A stretch of 64,000 nucleotides of DNA from an uncultured Rivularia sp. (GTDB taxonomy: Bacteria; Cyanobacteriota; Cyanobacteriia; Cyanobacteriales; Nostocaceae), in assembly GCA_963665115.1 (NCBI GenBank), contig OY762007.1:3456001-3520000 (forward strand), read 5' to 3'. The translations under genes and the position numbers were made by a program. The notes under the pieces are model-generated. The model had not been told where the DNA came from, made no database searches, and saw only the letters and a program-made list of their open reading frames with translations. The stretch's first letter is position 1; the number at the start of each line of letters is the position of its first letter. Of this stretch, positions 22,273 through 32,646 are shown piece by piece.

Positions 22273-25200
22273 TCAAGTACAAAGTACTGATTTACATGGT
22301 AATTCAATTACAAACTCGGCACCTTCACCCAGTATCGAATTGCAATATAATTTACCACAGTGTTTTTCAATGATTTTGTAACTAATTGACAATCCCAACC
22401 CCGTACCTTTGCCAACTGGCTTAGTAGTAAAAAATGGGTCAAATAGTTTATCTAAAATTTCTGGTGGGATTCCATTTCCGTCATCTTTTATAGATATTTT
22501 TACCCAATCGTTTTCTAAAGTTTGAGTTGTAATAACGATTGTCTTGGTGTTATCTTCTTCAGAAGAAGGTTTTATTGATTGAAGTTCATCAATAGCATTT
22601 GCTAACAAATTCATAAAAACTTGATTAAGTTGTCCTGCATAGCATTGAACTAAAGGTAGCTCGCCATATTCTTTGACAATATTGATAGTAATTTTAGAAC
22701 TATCAGTTTTAAGCCGATGCTTTAAAATCATTAGCGTACCTTCAATACCATCATGGATATCTACAGGTTTCATTTCCGCTTCATCTAAACGCGAGAAGCT
22801 GCGTAATGATAAAACAATTGATTGAATGCGTTGAGTTCCGATAGATAAAGAAGAGCAGAGTTTTGGTAAATCTTCTGCAATATATTCTATATCAGCTTCC
22901 TCAAGTAAAGTTTGAATTTCATTAGAGGGTTCGGGATATTGTTCTTGATAGCAGCTTAATACTTGTAAAATATTGTTTGTGTATTCCTGAAGATGAGATA
23001 AATTAGCGTGAATAAAGTTTACAGGATTATTAATTTCGTGGGCAATTCCTGCCACTAACTGCCCCAAACTAGACATTTTTTCCGTTTGGATAAGTTGAGT
23101 TTGAGTCTCTTTTAAATTAGTTAGGGTTAGTTTCAACTCTTCGGTTTGAGATTTTACTTTATTGAGTAAATCGGATTGCTGTAGAGCCACATTCATTTGT
23201 TCTGATATTTGTTTAAGGAACTGCACTTCAAAATCCTGCCATTCACGAGGAGCATCATTTTGATATGTTGCGAGTAAACCCCATAGTTTGTCTTGCTGAT
23301 AGATAGCAATAATTACATAAGCTCTTGTTTGGTAGAATTCTAATACTTTGGTATAGCAATCAGGAAAACCAGCATTATAAATATCATTACAGACGCGAAA
23401 AACTTCCCCTTTTGCGAATGAACCACCTTGGCTTTCCATTAAATAAGTATCTTGAGAAGATAGTAAGGATAAACTTTTGATACTACATTGGTTGACATTT
23501 TCCTGTACCTTATTGTCTTCCCACTGTATTTCCATCAATCGATCGTAATTTTGAGCTACTGATTCCGCGATAAACTCACCGCTCCAATCTGGGTTGAAAC
23601 GATAAATAACAGCTCTATCTGATTGCAATAGCTCTCGTATTGCTTGTGTTGTAGTGGAAAATATAATATTCATATCAAGCGAGGAACGAATCTTGGCTAC
23701 GATATTTGAAATAGCCTTTTGCGTTTCAAATCCTCGTTGAAGTTCGGCATTAGAAGTTTTTAACTCTTTTGTCTGCTGACGAGTATAAGCAAGTAAGGTT
23801 GAGTGCTGTAAAGCTACTCCTAATTGGGCTGCTATTTGACTCGTAAATTCAACCTCAGAAGGTTTCCAATCTCGCGATTGCTCATGCTGATATAGGGCTA
23901 AAAGTCCCCAAAGGTTTTTGCCTAAAAATATTGGTACTACAATAAAAGCTTTAATGTTAAACTGCTCGTAAATATCTAAATGACATTGAGAAAACCCTTG
24001 TTGATAAACGTCATTTACTACTGAAAATTCACCTTTACGATATCTACCGCCTTGAGTTTCTTGCAGATAAGTATCATCCCAAACGACATCAATTCCTAAG
24101 CTCCCAACATCAAGCCATTTCGGAGTAATACATTCAAAGTCAGCAACAAATTCTCCACCCCAATCCGAATTAAATTTATAAACTGAAACTCTATCAACAT
24201 CAACTATCTGGCTTAATTCGTTAGTGGTAATTCGGAAAATTTCTTCTATTTCAAGAGATTCGCGTATCTTAGCAACAATACCTGCAAGCGCTTGTTGCCT
24301 GGAAATAAAGTTTTCTAATTCCAGATTAGAAAACTGTAACTGTTGGGTTTTTTGTTGAAGCTGTTCGGTACGCTCTTCTACCTGCTGTTCTAAGTTGGCA
24401 TTTAAGACTTGCACTTGCTGATAAAGCCTATATTGTTTAATAGCAGTAGAAAACCTTTCGCTAAGTGCTTGAGCATACTTTAATTCTTCTTCTATCCAAG
24501 GTTGAGCTAGTCCCGTTTTCTCCTGTTTCCATACTTCAAAGGACTGTCGTGTCATCAGTTGACGAGTATCGGGATTGTGCCATCCCGACCATTGAATTTC
24601 CGTATCTACTTCATCTCGGAAGATAGTTAAGCAACCAACGATATGGGTTCCATAATGTAAGGGAATAATAAGCAGACTGCGAACCGAAGTAGATTGAAAA
24701 AATGGAGCTAAAGTACGGAATAAAGGTTCGCGATAAAGGTCATCAATTACCCACAAATTGGGATGTTTCTCAACTTCTTCTTTATAATTTCCCAGATTGT
24801 ACACCGAACGCATCCACTGTACCGACCAAGGTTTATAACCAGTACTATCGGAACCAGATTCAATCACCGAGTGCAAGAAATTCTTCCAAAGGTAATTTTC
24901 TTCAACGACTCGATTTTTTTCTTCACTTATAAAATCTGGCTGCTTTCCGTAGGTATATATTTCCCTGGGCTGATAATCGTCTGCAAGCAAATAAAGCCTG
25001 CCACCAGAACCATCAAGAGTAGTAACTGCTTCTTCAAGGGCTGCCTGGGATTTTACTGTAGGGCTTGTATGAAGAAGCTCGGTAACGCGGTTGATATTTG
25101 CTTCATGTTTTGCTTGCGATCGCACTTGGTTAAGCAGAATTGATTGAGCTATAGCAACACCAACTTGGTCTACCACTGCTTGAACAAACTGTAATTCTTC

Positions 25201-25782
25201 ATCGGTAACGTTACGCGACTCGCTATGATGACAAGCCAGCAATCCCCAAAGTTGAGCAGAAGATTTTGTCGAAGGTTTTTCTTCTTCAGGAGAAATTTCT
25301 TTGATAACTATTGGTACTACAACAGAAGACTTTACTCCCATTGCAGTTAAATATTCCGCATGACAGGGGTCTAAAGGACGATAGCGAATATCGTTTTCTT
25401 CTTGAGCTTCACCCGTTTCTGGATGGTCTAAGGGGCTAATTCCGATTTGAGCGTTAGTAACATCTACTACCGAACGCTGACGTGCCCGTAAAAATAATTC
25501 GCGAGCATAAGGAGGAATATCATCAGCAGGAAAATGCAAATTTAGTAAAGAAGGTAATCGATTATTATGAATTGATTCGGCAATTACCACCCCACTATTA
25601 TTAGGATTGAATTTATACACTTTTACACGGTCAGTTCCCAAGTAATCCCGGACTTCCGCCACCATCGTATTTAAAATCTCTTTTAATTCTAAAGACTGAC
25701 GAATACGATTAGCAATACGATGTAATAAACCTTCCTGAGTAGCAACTAACTGCTGCTCCTGCAACTCCTGCAACTTATTCAT
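22273..25782 (-). CDS. Multi-GAF photoreceptor histidine kinase (knotless phytochrome GAF-PHY plus two CBCR GAFs; AphC-like)
   Basis: GAF1 DIPP..DPCH; PHY-like GAF with TRQSF; GAF3 [18 protein letters not shown]4 with inserted Cys, [13 protein letters not shown]; His[27 protein letters not shown]. Confidence 0.9.
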   Translation of the reverse strand: MNKLQELQEQQLVATQEGLLHRIANRIRQSLELKEILNTMVAEVRDYLGTDRVKVYKFNPNNSGVVIAESIHNNRLPSLLNLHFPADDIPPYARELFLRARQRSVVDVTNAQIGISPLDHPETGEAQEENDIRYRPLDPCHAEYLTAMGVKSSVVVPIVIKEISPEEEKPSTKSSAQLWGLLACHHSESRNVTDEELQFVQAVVDQVGVAIAQSILLNQVRSQAKHEANINRVTELLHTSPTVKSQAALEEAVTTLDGSGGRLYLLADDYQPREIYTYGKQPDFISEEKNRVVEENYLWKNFLHSVIESGSDSTGYKPWSVQWMRSVYNLGNYKEEVEKHPNLWVIDDLYREPLFRTLAPFFQSTSVRSLLIIPLHYGTHIVGCLTIFRDEVDTEIQWSGWHNPDTRQLMTRQSFEVWKQEKTGLAQPWIEEELKYAQALSERFSTAIKQYRLYQQVQVLNANLEQQVEERTEQLQQKTQQLQFSNLELENFISRQQALAGIVAKIRESLEIEEIFRITTNELSQIVDVDRVSVYKFNSDWGGEFVADFECITPKWLDVGSLGIDVVWDDTYLQETQGGRYRKGEFSVVNDVYQQGFSQCHLDIYEQFNIKAFIVVPIFLGKNLWGLLALYQHEQSRDWKPSEVEFTSQIAAQLGVALQHSTLLAYTRQQTKELKTSNAELQRGFETQKAISNIVAKIRSSLDMNIIFSTTTQAIRELLQSDRAVIYRFNPDWSGEFIAESVAQNYDRLMEIQWEDNKVQENVNQCSIKSLSLLSSQDTYLMESQGGSFAKGEVFRVCNDIYNAGFPDCYTKVLEFYQTRAYVIIAIYQQDKLWGLLATYQNDAPREWQDFEVQFLKQISEQMNVALQQSDLLNKVKSQTEELKLTLTNLKETQTQLIQTEKMSSLGQLVAGIAHEINNPVNFIHANLSHLQEYTNNILQVLSCYQEQYPEPSNEIQTLLEEADIEYIAEDLPKLCSSLSIGTQRIQSIVLSLRSFSRLDEAEMKPVDIHDGIEGTLMILKHRLKTDSSKITINIVKEYGELPLVQCYAGQLNQVFMNLLANAIDELQSIKPSSEEDNTKTIVITTQTLENDWVKISIKDDGNGIPPEILDKLFDPFFTTKPVGKGTGLGLSISYKIIEKHCGKLYCNSILGEGAEFVIELPCKSVLCT

Positions 25783-25932
25783 CACTTTACCTAGCAAAAA
25801 TTTTCACTCTTATTAATATTGTTCCCGCTTTTAGTATAGGAATATCATTGCAATTGGAAGGATGAGGGGGAAGAAAAGAGTTAAGAGTTAGGAATTAGGA
25901 GTTAAAAGTTAGATTTTAGATATTAATACTCA

Positions 25933-26020
25933 TTGACACTCCCTGGCGTAAACGCACGGGGATTCTTTAATCTACGAGCCAACTTGCTTTGACTGGATTG
26001 CTACAACCAATGTAGAGGGT
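25933..26020 (-). mobile_element. Orphan right end of an IS200/IS605-family (tnpB) element
   Basis: Minus strand ends GAATCCCCGTGCGTTTACGCCAGGGAGTGTCAA (hairpin plus TCAA terminus) and translates as PSTLVVAIQSKQVGS*IKESPCVYARECQ, resembling cyanobacterial TnpB C-termini as I recall them. Confidence 0.75.
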
Positions 26021-26089
26021 AATTAGGAGTTGAGAATTCAATATAAATGAATCACATCCTCCTAATAAAAACTGTTTACTATTCACCGT

Positions 26090-26491
26090 TTACTGTCTTT
26101 GACGTTCAATAGCGCGTCTGGAAGATTTAGGATTAGTCAAAGTTTTCCATGCAGTTTTTACACCAACAAAAATGCTGCGCGTACCCACTTGTACGTTCTG
26201 TGCTTGCTTTTTGGCGCTATTAAGACTTTGGTCTACTTGTTTTACTACTCCAGAAGCACTTTCCACACCCTCACTAACATCATCAGTTAAATCGGTAATT
26301 TCTAAACCAGTCAAGCGGACGGCTTCTAAGGTCGGTGGTAGCTCCCGCGAAAGTGTATCAAACAACTTTTCTGCGCTACGAGCAGCTCTTGCGACTTCCT
26401 GCAAAGCTGGAATAGCCGCTACCAACAAAGCAGTTAAACTAACAGCGACCAGCAAAATAGATAATCCTAGCCAAAATAGAGGTTCACTCAC
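26090..26491 (-). CDS. DUF948-like membrane-anchored coiled-coil protein
   Basis: N-terminal TM (EPLFWLGLSILLVAVSLTA) then ARAARSAEKLFDTL..ELPPTL; follows a YtxH gene. Confidence 0.75.
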   Translation of the reverse strand: MSEPLFWLGLSILLVAVSLTALLVAAIPALQEVARAARSAEKLFDTLSRELPPTLEAVRLTGLEITDLTDDVSEGVESASGVVKQVDQSLNSAKKQAQNVQVGTRSIFVGVKTAWKTLTNPKSSRRAIERQRQ

Positions 26492-26658
26492 ACTAAATTT
26501 TCCGAGGACAGGTTTAATATCAAATAATTAACCACCTATTAGAGGTAGCTTTAGGATTTTAGATTAACGATTAACTGTTAGGGTTCCAAGCAGCAAAACA
26601 TTATTTATTGAAACCAGAATCTAAAATCTGAAATTAAAATTAGCTTAAGTTAATTAAA

Positions 26659-27006
26659 CTAATTATTTAGATGCTGGGGTAGAGAATTAGAGTCATCTTG
26701 AGTTTTTTGGCGCTTCAATAGTTGATTCTCCCGCATGGAAGCATCTACTCCAGCGTATAGAGCTTCTCGCAGTCTATCTAAAGTATCATCCCAAGAACGT
26801 AACGCATTTTCAGAAATACGATCTGCTTGAATTTGAGCGCTTGTTGACAAATCCTCTGCTAAATCTGGTAAGGCATCAGCAGACTTTTTCAACAATTTAC
26901 GTGTTTCGCGTCCCGTGCGCGGAGCCATAAGCAACCCGGTGAAGGCACCAATAGTAGCTCCTAACATCAAACCACCAATAAAATTTCCACTACGATTATT
27001 AGGCAT
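26659..27006 (-). CDS. YtxH-domain protein
   Basis: FIGGLMLGATIGAFTGLLMAPRTGRETR signature; ATG at 27006. Confidence 0.85.
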   Translation of the reverse strand: MPNNRSGNFIGGLMLGATIGAFTGLLMAPRTGRETRKLLKKSADALPDLAEDLSTSAQIQADRISENALRSWDDTLDRLREALYAGVDASMRENQLLKRQKTQDDSNSLPQHLNN

Positions 27007-27169
27007 TTTATATATATCTCTCCTTAAACCCATTTTAGGTGGCTTTGAGCGGCTTGCAAGATTCTCAAAGATTTTACCGTTCTTCTACTTGATGACAATA
27101 TATCAGCCACATAGGTTGCATTGACTTAATGAAGGTTATTTATTTGACATATTCTGTAAAATACGTGCT

Positions 27170-27650
27170 AGGGGGAGGGGGAGGGGGAGAGTAGTGAGTA
27201 GTGAGTAGTGAGTAGTGAGTAGTGAGTGAAGAGTAATGAATTAATGCTCTTTACAGCCCGGTTAGCAATATTATGAATTAAAAGTAATTTAACTACTCCC
27301 TACTTTCTACTCACTACTCCCTACTTTCCACTCCCTACTCCCTACTTCCTACTCCCTACTTTCTACTCCCTACTCCCTACTTCCTACTCCCTACTTCCTA
27401 CTCACTACTCCCTACTTTCTACTCCCTACTTTCCACTCCCTACTTCCTACTTCCTACTCCCTACTCACTACTCCCTACTTCCTACTCCCTACTTTCTACT
27501 CCCTACTTTCTACTCCCTACTTCCTACTTCCTACTCCCTACTCCCTACTTCCTACTCCCTACTCCCTACTTCCTACTCACTACTCCCTACTTTCTACTCC
27601 CTACTTCCTACTCCCTACTTCCTACTCCCTACCCACTCTTAACTCCTAAC
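27170..27650. repeat. STRR arrays: G-rich (GTGAGTA) 27170-27237 then long C-rich (TACTCCC/TACTTCC/TACTTTC) 27292-27650
   Basis: Directly visible; overlaps the stop of the minus-strand gene at 27629. Confidence 0.95.
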
Positions 27651-27964
27651 TCCTTCAACCTAGTTCTAATTCCCGGACGAGTCCATAGTATTTGTCTACC
27701 GAAAACTACAAGTGCTAAAATTTGCTTTATTTGCCGTAGTTTTACCTGTAAGCTTTGATTTCTTTGGCGCAGATTATTTAAATTCTGCATACCTAGATAA
27801 ATCGCTTCTGGTCTTCGATGCAGCAAGGCATAAGAATTGCGATCGCAGTTTTTGAAAAACTTGGTAAGTCTAACTAATCGCCGTCTTAATTGCCACACTA
27901 GCCAAGTGCAATAGAAAAGTATCAGCGAGATAACAATATTAATAGCGACAACAATAGTTACCAT
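27629..27964 (-). CDS. Hypothetical membrane-anchored basic protein
   Basis: 111 aa ORF with N-terminal TM helix; co-oriented with the ytxH-like and DUF948-like genes. Confidence 0.65.
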   Translation of the reverse strand: MVTIVVAINIVISLILFYCTWLVWQLRRRLVRLTKFFKNCDRNSYALLHRRPEAIYLGMQNLNNLRQRNQSLQVKLRQIKQILALVVFGRQILWTRPGIRTRLKELGVKSG

Positions 27965-28059
27965 TGATTGCGAAAAATAGGATTAGTTCATCAGTTACTG
28001 TAATTTTTACTTATTAAGTATATACAGTGCTAAAGTAGTACTAAAATACTAATAAAATT

Positions 28060-29007
28060 ATGAAGTTAGATAATATATCTGAATTGCCATCTTATTTGCA
28101 ATCGGGATGCATTCAAACTATGCAGGCTGTTGATGCTCCAATGGAACGCTCTTGCTACATTAATTCACCTGACTATTGGGGGCAAGCAAAGCGGGATGGT
28201 AGCAGGTTAATAGTAATTGCAACACCAGATAAAGTTTACTATCAATCGCGATAAGCGAAGCTTGATGCCTTCGGCATTACGCAAAAAATTAAACGTCAGC
28301 CTTGTGAGGAAATAAATCAAGCTTTAACTAAAGCTGCTATTAAGTTGGGTACGTTTATTTTAGATGGTGAATTATATTATCGCTCGGTAACGGGAAGCGA
28401 GCATCGTACTGCCGCACAGGCTGCGACTATTAATGCAAAGCAGGGAACTTCGATTTCAGCTACACCAATGTACGCAATTTTCAAATCTTTATGGTTTTCT
28501 GGGAAGGATTTAACAATTGTAACGGAAGCAGAAAGAATTTCCGTAGGGGAGAAAATTGCTGAATGTTTGAGAACAGATTTTTTTGAAGTTTTACCTACTG
28601 CTAGAAGTAAAGAAGAAAAAGCAGAATTGGCATTAAAACAAGAATCGGAAGGAAGAGAAGGAGAAATTTGGATACTAAAAAACTGTGTTTATGCGGGTGG
28701 AAAGAATAAGCATAACCAGGCAATGTTACGGACAAAATATTGTTTGGAATTAGACTTGGTAGTTACCGATTTAACTTTAGTAAAAGGTACTGGAAGACCG
28801 TTTAGTGCAGCGATTGTAGCTCAAGAAGTTGAAGATAAATTAGTATCAGTTGGTTCGATAGGAACTGGATTTTCTCTTAAAGATATGCGAGAAATTATTC
28901 GTCGTCATACAGCTAAACCGAGAAGCGTCAAAATAACAGTTAGATGTTTAGGAATAACAGAAAATGGTAATTTATGGCATGGACGATTTATTAAATTGTG
29001 CGAATAA
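28060..29007 (+). pseudogene. Minimal ATP-dependent DNA ligase-like gene interrupted by a 27 nt insertion that creates a TAA stop
   Basis: KRDGSR (motif I KxDGxR), FILDGELY (III), EGREGEI (IV), LRTKY (V), OB-type VGSIGTGFS..HGRF. Both ORFs share one frame; deleting 28253-28279 restores a 306 aa ORF. Confidence 0.8.
28253..28279 (-). mobile_element. SDR5-like double-hairpin insertion in a HIP1 site
   Basis: GCGAT[AAGCGAAGCTTGATGCCTTCGGCATTA]CGC; removal regenerates GCGATCGC. Confidence 0.85.
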
Positions 29008-29011
29008 TAAT

Positions 29012-29039
29012 GTAGAGACGTAGCAGTGCTACGTCTCTA
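29012..29039. repeat. GTAGAGACG-type dispersed palindrome
   Basis: GTAGAGACGTAGCAGTGCTACGTCTCTA, nearly identical to 55560-55585. Confidence 0.85.
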
Positions 29040-29092
29040 ACAACGTGAAATCACAACTTCATATTTATATTCAGCAGATCCAAAAATATACT

Positions 29093-29503
29093 TCAACTAC
29101 CCTGCATTTGGTTGAACTTAGTTCTAATTGTTTCTACTCGTTTGCGATTAACACCTAGATCGCTTTGTCCTAAACGAGAAGCAGAACGCACGTGGATAGT
29201 ACTGCTACTGCTATCTATATAAAATTCCACATCATCTACAAATCCCATCAAAGCGCTTTTGAATTCAGCGTATAAATAATCTGAAGATTCGTTAATTATC
29301 GTAGTTCTATCTTCCGATTCAATCACCTTCTTAAGATCGGCTAAAGCTTTTTCTGTTGCAGAAGTATACTTAAGCGGTTGAATGAAGTGGGTTTCATCTG
29401 AAGTTGGACTTTGAGAGGAAACGCAGTTAGGGGAATTGGGACAATCTGTCAATTTACCGCTGTTAACACCCAAGTTATCCGGTTTTGTTCCTGAAAATAT
29501 CAT
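29093..29503 (-). CDS. DUF1499 family protein
   Basis: LTDCPNSPNCVSSQ, GFVDDVEF, VRSASRLGQSDLGVNRKR. Confidence 0.88.
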   Translation of the reverse strand: MIFSGTKPDNLGVNSGKLTDCPNSPNCVSSQSPTSDETHFIQPLKYTSATEKALADLKKVIESEDRTTIINESSDYLYAEFKSALMGFVDDVEFYIDSSSSTIHVRSASRLGQSDLGVNRKRVETIRTKFNQMQGS

Positions 29504-29574
29504 TGATTATTTTTTATCTAAAAGTAAAGTGGACTACTTTTTACTTTATAGGTTAAAAGGTTTTATAACTAGCG

Positions 29575-29669
29575 CTCCCCACTCCCTACTCTCTACTCCC
29601 CACTCTCTACTCCCTACTCCCTACTCCCCACTCCCCACTCCCCACTCCCTACTCCCAACTCCCTACTCC
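29575..29669. repeat. C-rich STRR array (CACTCCC/TACTCCC)
   Basis: Tandem 7-mers just after the reductase stop. Confidence 0.9.
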
Positions 29670-29676
29670 TTGCATT

Positions 29677-30789
29677 TCAAGCAGCTAATGCAGGATAATC
29701 AATGTAGCCCTTTGCTTCGTGAGTATAGAAAGTGTTTGGATCTGCTTCGTTTAAAGCAGCATCTGTACGATAGCGTTCTGGTAAATCGGGATTGGCGATG
29801 AAAGGAACACCGTATGACACTAAATCGGCTTCTTTGTTATCGATGGCTGCGGCACCTTTTACAGCATCATAACCACCGTTGACCATGAATATACCTTTAA
29901 ATGCTTTACGCATATAAGAGCCAACTCGCTCTCCTTGTGCTGCTAGCATATGTCCTGGAAGGGCTTCAAGAATATGTAAATAAGCTAAGTTAAATTGATT
30001 TAATGCTTCAGATGCTTGAGAAAACGTTGCAATTGGATCGCTGTCTCGCATATCGTTGAAGGGATTGGTTGGTGAAAGTCTTACCCCTACACGATCGGAA
30101 CTCCATTGGTTTACTACTGCTTCGGTAATTTCCATCAAAAAACGCAGCCGGTTTTCAATGCTTCCACCGTAAGCATCCGTGCGCTGATTGGAACCATCTC
30201 TGATAAATTGGTCAATTAAATAACCGTTGGCTGCGTGAATCTCCACACCATCAAATCCCGCTGCTTGCGCCCGTTTTGTGGCGTTTACATAATCTTGCAC
30301 TACTCCCGGAATTTCTGATAATTCCAAAGCACGAGGAGTTACATAAGGTTTTTTACCTTCTCTAGTGTATGCATCTCCTTCCGCTTTGATTGCCGATGCA
30401 GATACGGGTAGTTGCCCGTTAGGCTGAAAATATGGGTGGGAAGCTCTGCCAGTATGCCATAGTTGCAGGTAGATTAATCCACCTTCTTTATGAACTGCTT
30501 GAGTGATTTGCTCCCAACCTTTAACCTGTTCTTCAGTATGAATTCCCGGACTTTCACTCCATCCGGCACCTTGCTCGGAAATCTGTGTAGCTTCAGAAAT
30601 AATTAATCCTGCACTGGCTCTTTGGGTGTAATATTCCTGCATCAGTTCGTTGGGAATCCGTTCTTTACCCGCACGCCCGCGAGTCAAAGGTGCCATTACC
30701 AAACGATTTCGTAATTTCACCGCACCTACTTGCAAAGGTTCAAATAGTGAAGAGACTTTAGGGTTTACTACAGAAGTAGTGAATGACAT
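29677..30789 (-). CDS. Old yellow enzyme family alkene reductase (NemA-like)
   Basis: MAPLTRGRA, QLWHTGRASH, EIHAANGYL, YGGSIENRLRF; GGAGG RBS before ATG 30789. Confidence 0.92.
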   Translation of the reverse strand: MSFTTSVVNPKVSSLFEPLQVGAVKLRNRLVMAPLTRGRAGKERIPNELMQEYYTQRASAGLIISEATQISEQGAGWSESPGIHTEEQVKGWEQITQAVHKEGGLIYLQLWHTGRASHPYFQPNGQLPVSASAIKAEGDAYTREGKKPYVTPRALELSEIPGVVQDYVNATKRAQAAGFDGVEIHAANGYLIDQFIRDGSNQRTDAYGGSIENRLRFLMEITEAVVNQWSSDRVGVRLSPTNPFNDMRDSDPIATFSQASEALNQFNLAYLHILEALPGHMLAAQGERVGSYMRKAFKGIFMVNGGYDAVKGAAAIDNKEADLVSYGVPFIANPDLPERYRTDAALNEADPNTFYTHEAKGYIDYPALAA

Positions 30790-30882
30790 TGCTACCCTCC
30801 TTATTTTGTATTTCCAAAAACTCGAACAATTGAAATATACATGAATATACAAGAAAGTGCAACAGGTGATACCAATTATTTG

Positions 30883-30983
30883 AGGGAGTGGGGAGTGGGG
30901 AGTGGGGAGTAGTAAGTAATGAGTAGGGAGTAGTAAGTAGTGAGTAGGGAGTAGGGAGTAGTGAGTAGGGAGTAGGGAGTAGT
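30883..30983. repeat. G-rich STRR array (GGGAGTG/GGGAGTA/GTGAGTA)
   Basis: Tandem 7-mers upstream of the reductase. Confidence 0.9.
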
Positions 30984-31186
30984 ATCTTTTTGAATAAGTA
31001 TAAATACTTTTTTAATTAGTAACTTTATATCTTTTTTATGGAATCGCTAAAAATTTCAGCAATTCTTCTTAGGTATAAACGTGAAATTGGCATGAAGAGA
31101 TGATGAAGTAAAATTTTGTCAGAGAAAAATGGTTAATAATGAAATAAATAAGAATATTTCCTGTGTCTGGAGTATAAATCGAGGTG

Positions 31187-32572
31187 ATGTCTCTTCGTAT
31201 TTTAAAAGAGCGCTACAAAATTGAACGGCTACTTGCGAAAAAAGCGGGAAGAAGGACTCTTTTAGCAAGAGATTTGCAAACGAATGAATTAGTAGTAGTT
31301 AAGCTGCTGACTTTCAACAGTGAAGTTAAATGGGAAGAATTAAAGCTGTTTGAAAGAGAAGCTAAAACTCTACGTAATCTTTGTTATTCTGCGATTCCAA
31401 GTTATATTGATTTCTTTGAAATTACGCTACCAAATAAAAAAGCTTTGGCTTTTGTACAAAGTTATATAGAAGCGGATTCTTTAGAGCAGCAAATAGAAAA
31501 AAGAGGGGTTTTTAGCAAAGCAGAAGTTAAGTATTTAGCTAAATCTGTTTTGCAAATTTTAGTTTATTTGCACGGACAAAATCCATCGGTAATTCATCGC
31601 GATATTAAGCCGAGTAATCTTCTTATTACTAATCGTTCGGGGAATCGTATTGGTGATGTTTACTTGGTTGATTTTGGCTCCGTACAAACTTTGGCTAGTA
31701 GTGATGGTAGTTGTACGGTTGTTGGCACTTACGGTTATATGGCTCCAGAGCAATTTGGATCGCGTGCTGTTGCTGCTTCCGATTTGTATGGTTTAGGTGC
31801 AACTTTAATTTATCTTTTAACTAAGAAGCCACCTGCTGATTTGCCACAGAAACAGGGGAAAATTCAGTTTGAAGTAGCTGATTGTTCGCAAGATTTTTGT
31901 AAATGGCTCGAACAAATGATTGAACCATTGCAAGAAAAGCGTTTTAAGTCGGCAGATGAAGCTTTAAAAAATCTGGATAACTTTTCGTCTGTAACTTTAT
32001 CAGATTTTTCTCAAGACTCTCTTAAAAAACTTTCTATTAAGAAATCAACGGATGTAATCGAGATTGTAACTCCATGTCGAAAGAATAAAGAAAGCTCATT
32101 AGTCCATTTGATGCTTGCAGCAAATGTAGGATTACTGTATGGAATATTTTCAATACCGTTTCTTTCTAAATTAGAAGCAGTTTTTCAATCAATTGTTTTT
32201 AATTACGGTTTTATTCATTATTACTCTTTCGTTGCTGTCGGAATTTTAGCTCTAGTATTGTATTTCTATGTCAATATCTGGCTAAAGATCATAGTAAATA
32301 TGTTGTTTATTCCTTTCAGTAAAAATAAATTAATAATTGATAAACAACGGGTTTATTTTACTTACAGGTTATTAGGTTTAGAATATCGCTATCGTCGTTC
32401 AATTCCGCGTCACGCAATTATAAAACTAGATAGCGATCGAGGCAAAATACCAGAAGTAGTGATTTGGTTAGGAGTTTATAAATACAGTTTTGGTAAAGGT
32501 TTTTTAAATTCTAATCAAGCAGCATGGGTGAGTCGCGAGCTTAATAAATGGTTGAATCTCAAAACGATTTAA
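31187..32572 (+). CDS. Ser/Thr kinase with two C-terminal TM helices
   Basis: HRDIKPSN, DFG, GTYGYMAPEQ; non-canonical Gly loop (LAKKAGRRTLLA); hydrophobic C-terminal segments. Confidence 0.9.
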   Translation: MSLRILKERYKIERLLAKKAGRRTLLARDLQTNELVVVKLLTFNSEVKWEELKLFEREAKTLRNLCYSAIPSYIDFFEITLPNKKALAFVQSYIEADSLEQQIEKRGVFSKAEVKYLAKSVLQILVYLHGQNPSVIHRDIKPSNLLITNRSGNRIGDVYLVDFGSVQTLASSDGSCTVVGTYGYMAPEQFGSRAVAASDLYGLGATLIYLLTKKPPADLPQKQGKIQFEVADCSQDFCKWLEQMIEPLQEKRFKSADEALKNLDNFSSVTLSDFSQDSLKKLSIKKSTDVIEIVTPCRKNKESSLVHLMLAANVGLLYGIFSIPFLSKLEAVFQSIVFNYGFIHYYSFVAVGILALVLYFYVNIWLKIIVNMLFIPFSKNKLIIDKQRVYFTYRLLGLEYRYRRSIPRHAIIKLDSDRGKIPEVVIWLGVYKYSFGKGFLNSNQAAWVSRELNKWLNLKTI

Positions 32573-32646
32573 TCAAAGGAAAGGGGAACAGGAAAGCAAG
32601 CTATAGTCACAAAAATTAAATATAAACACTATTTTCAACAAGTAAG

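Noticed and set aside
29436..29801. ORFs made of STRR translations (also 10116-10310)
   Set aside because: PTPHSLL/THYSLL peptides are 7-mer repeat read-through, partly antisense to real genes.
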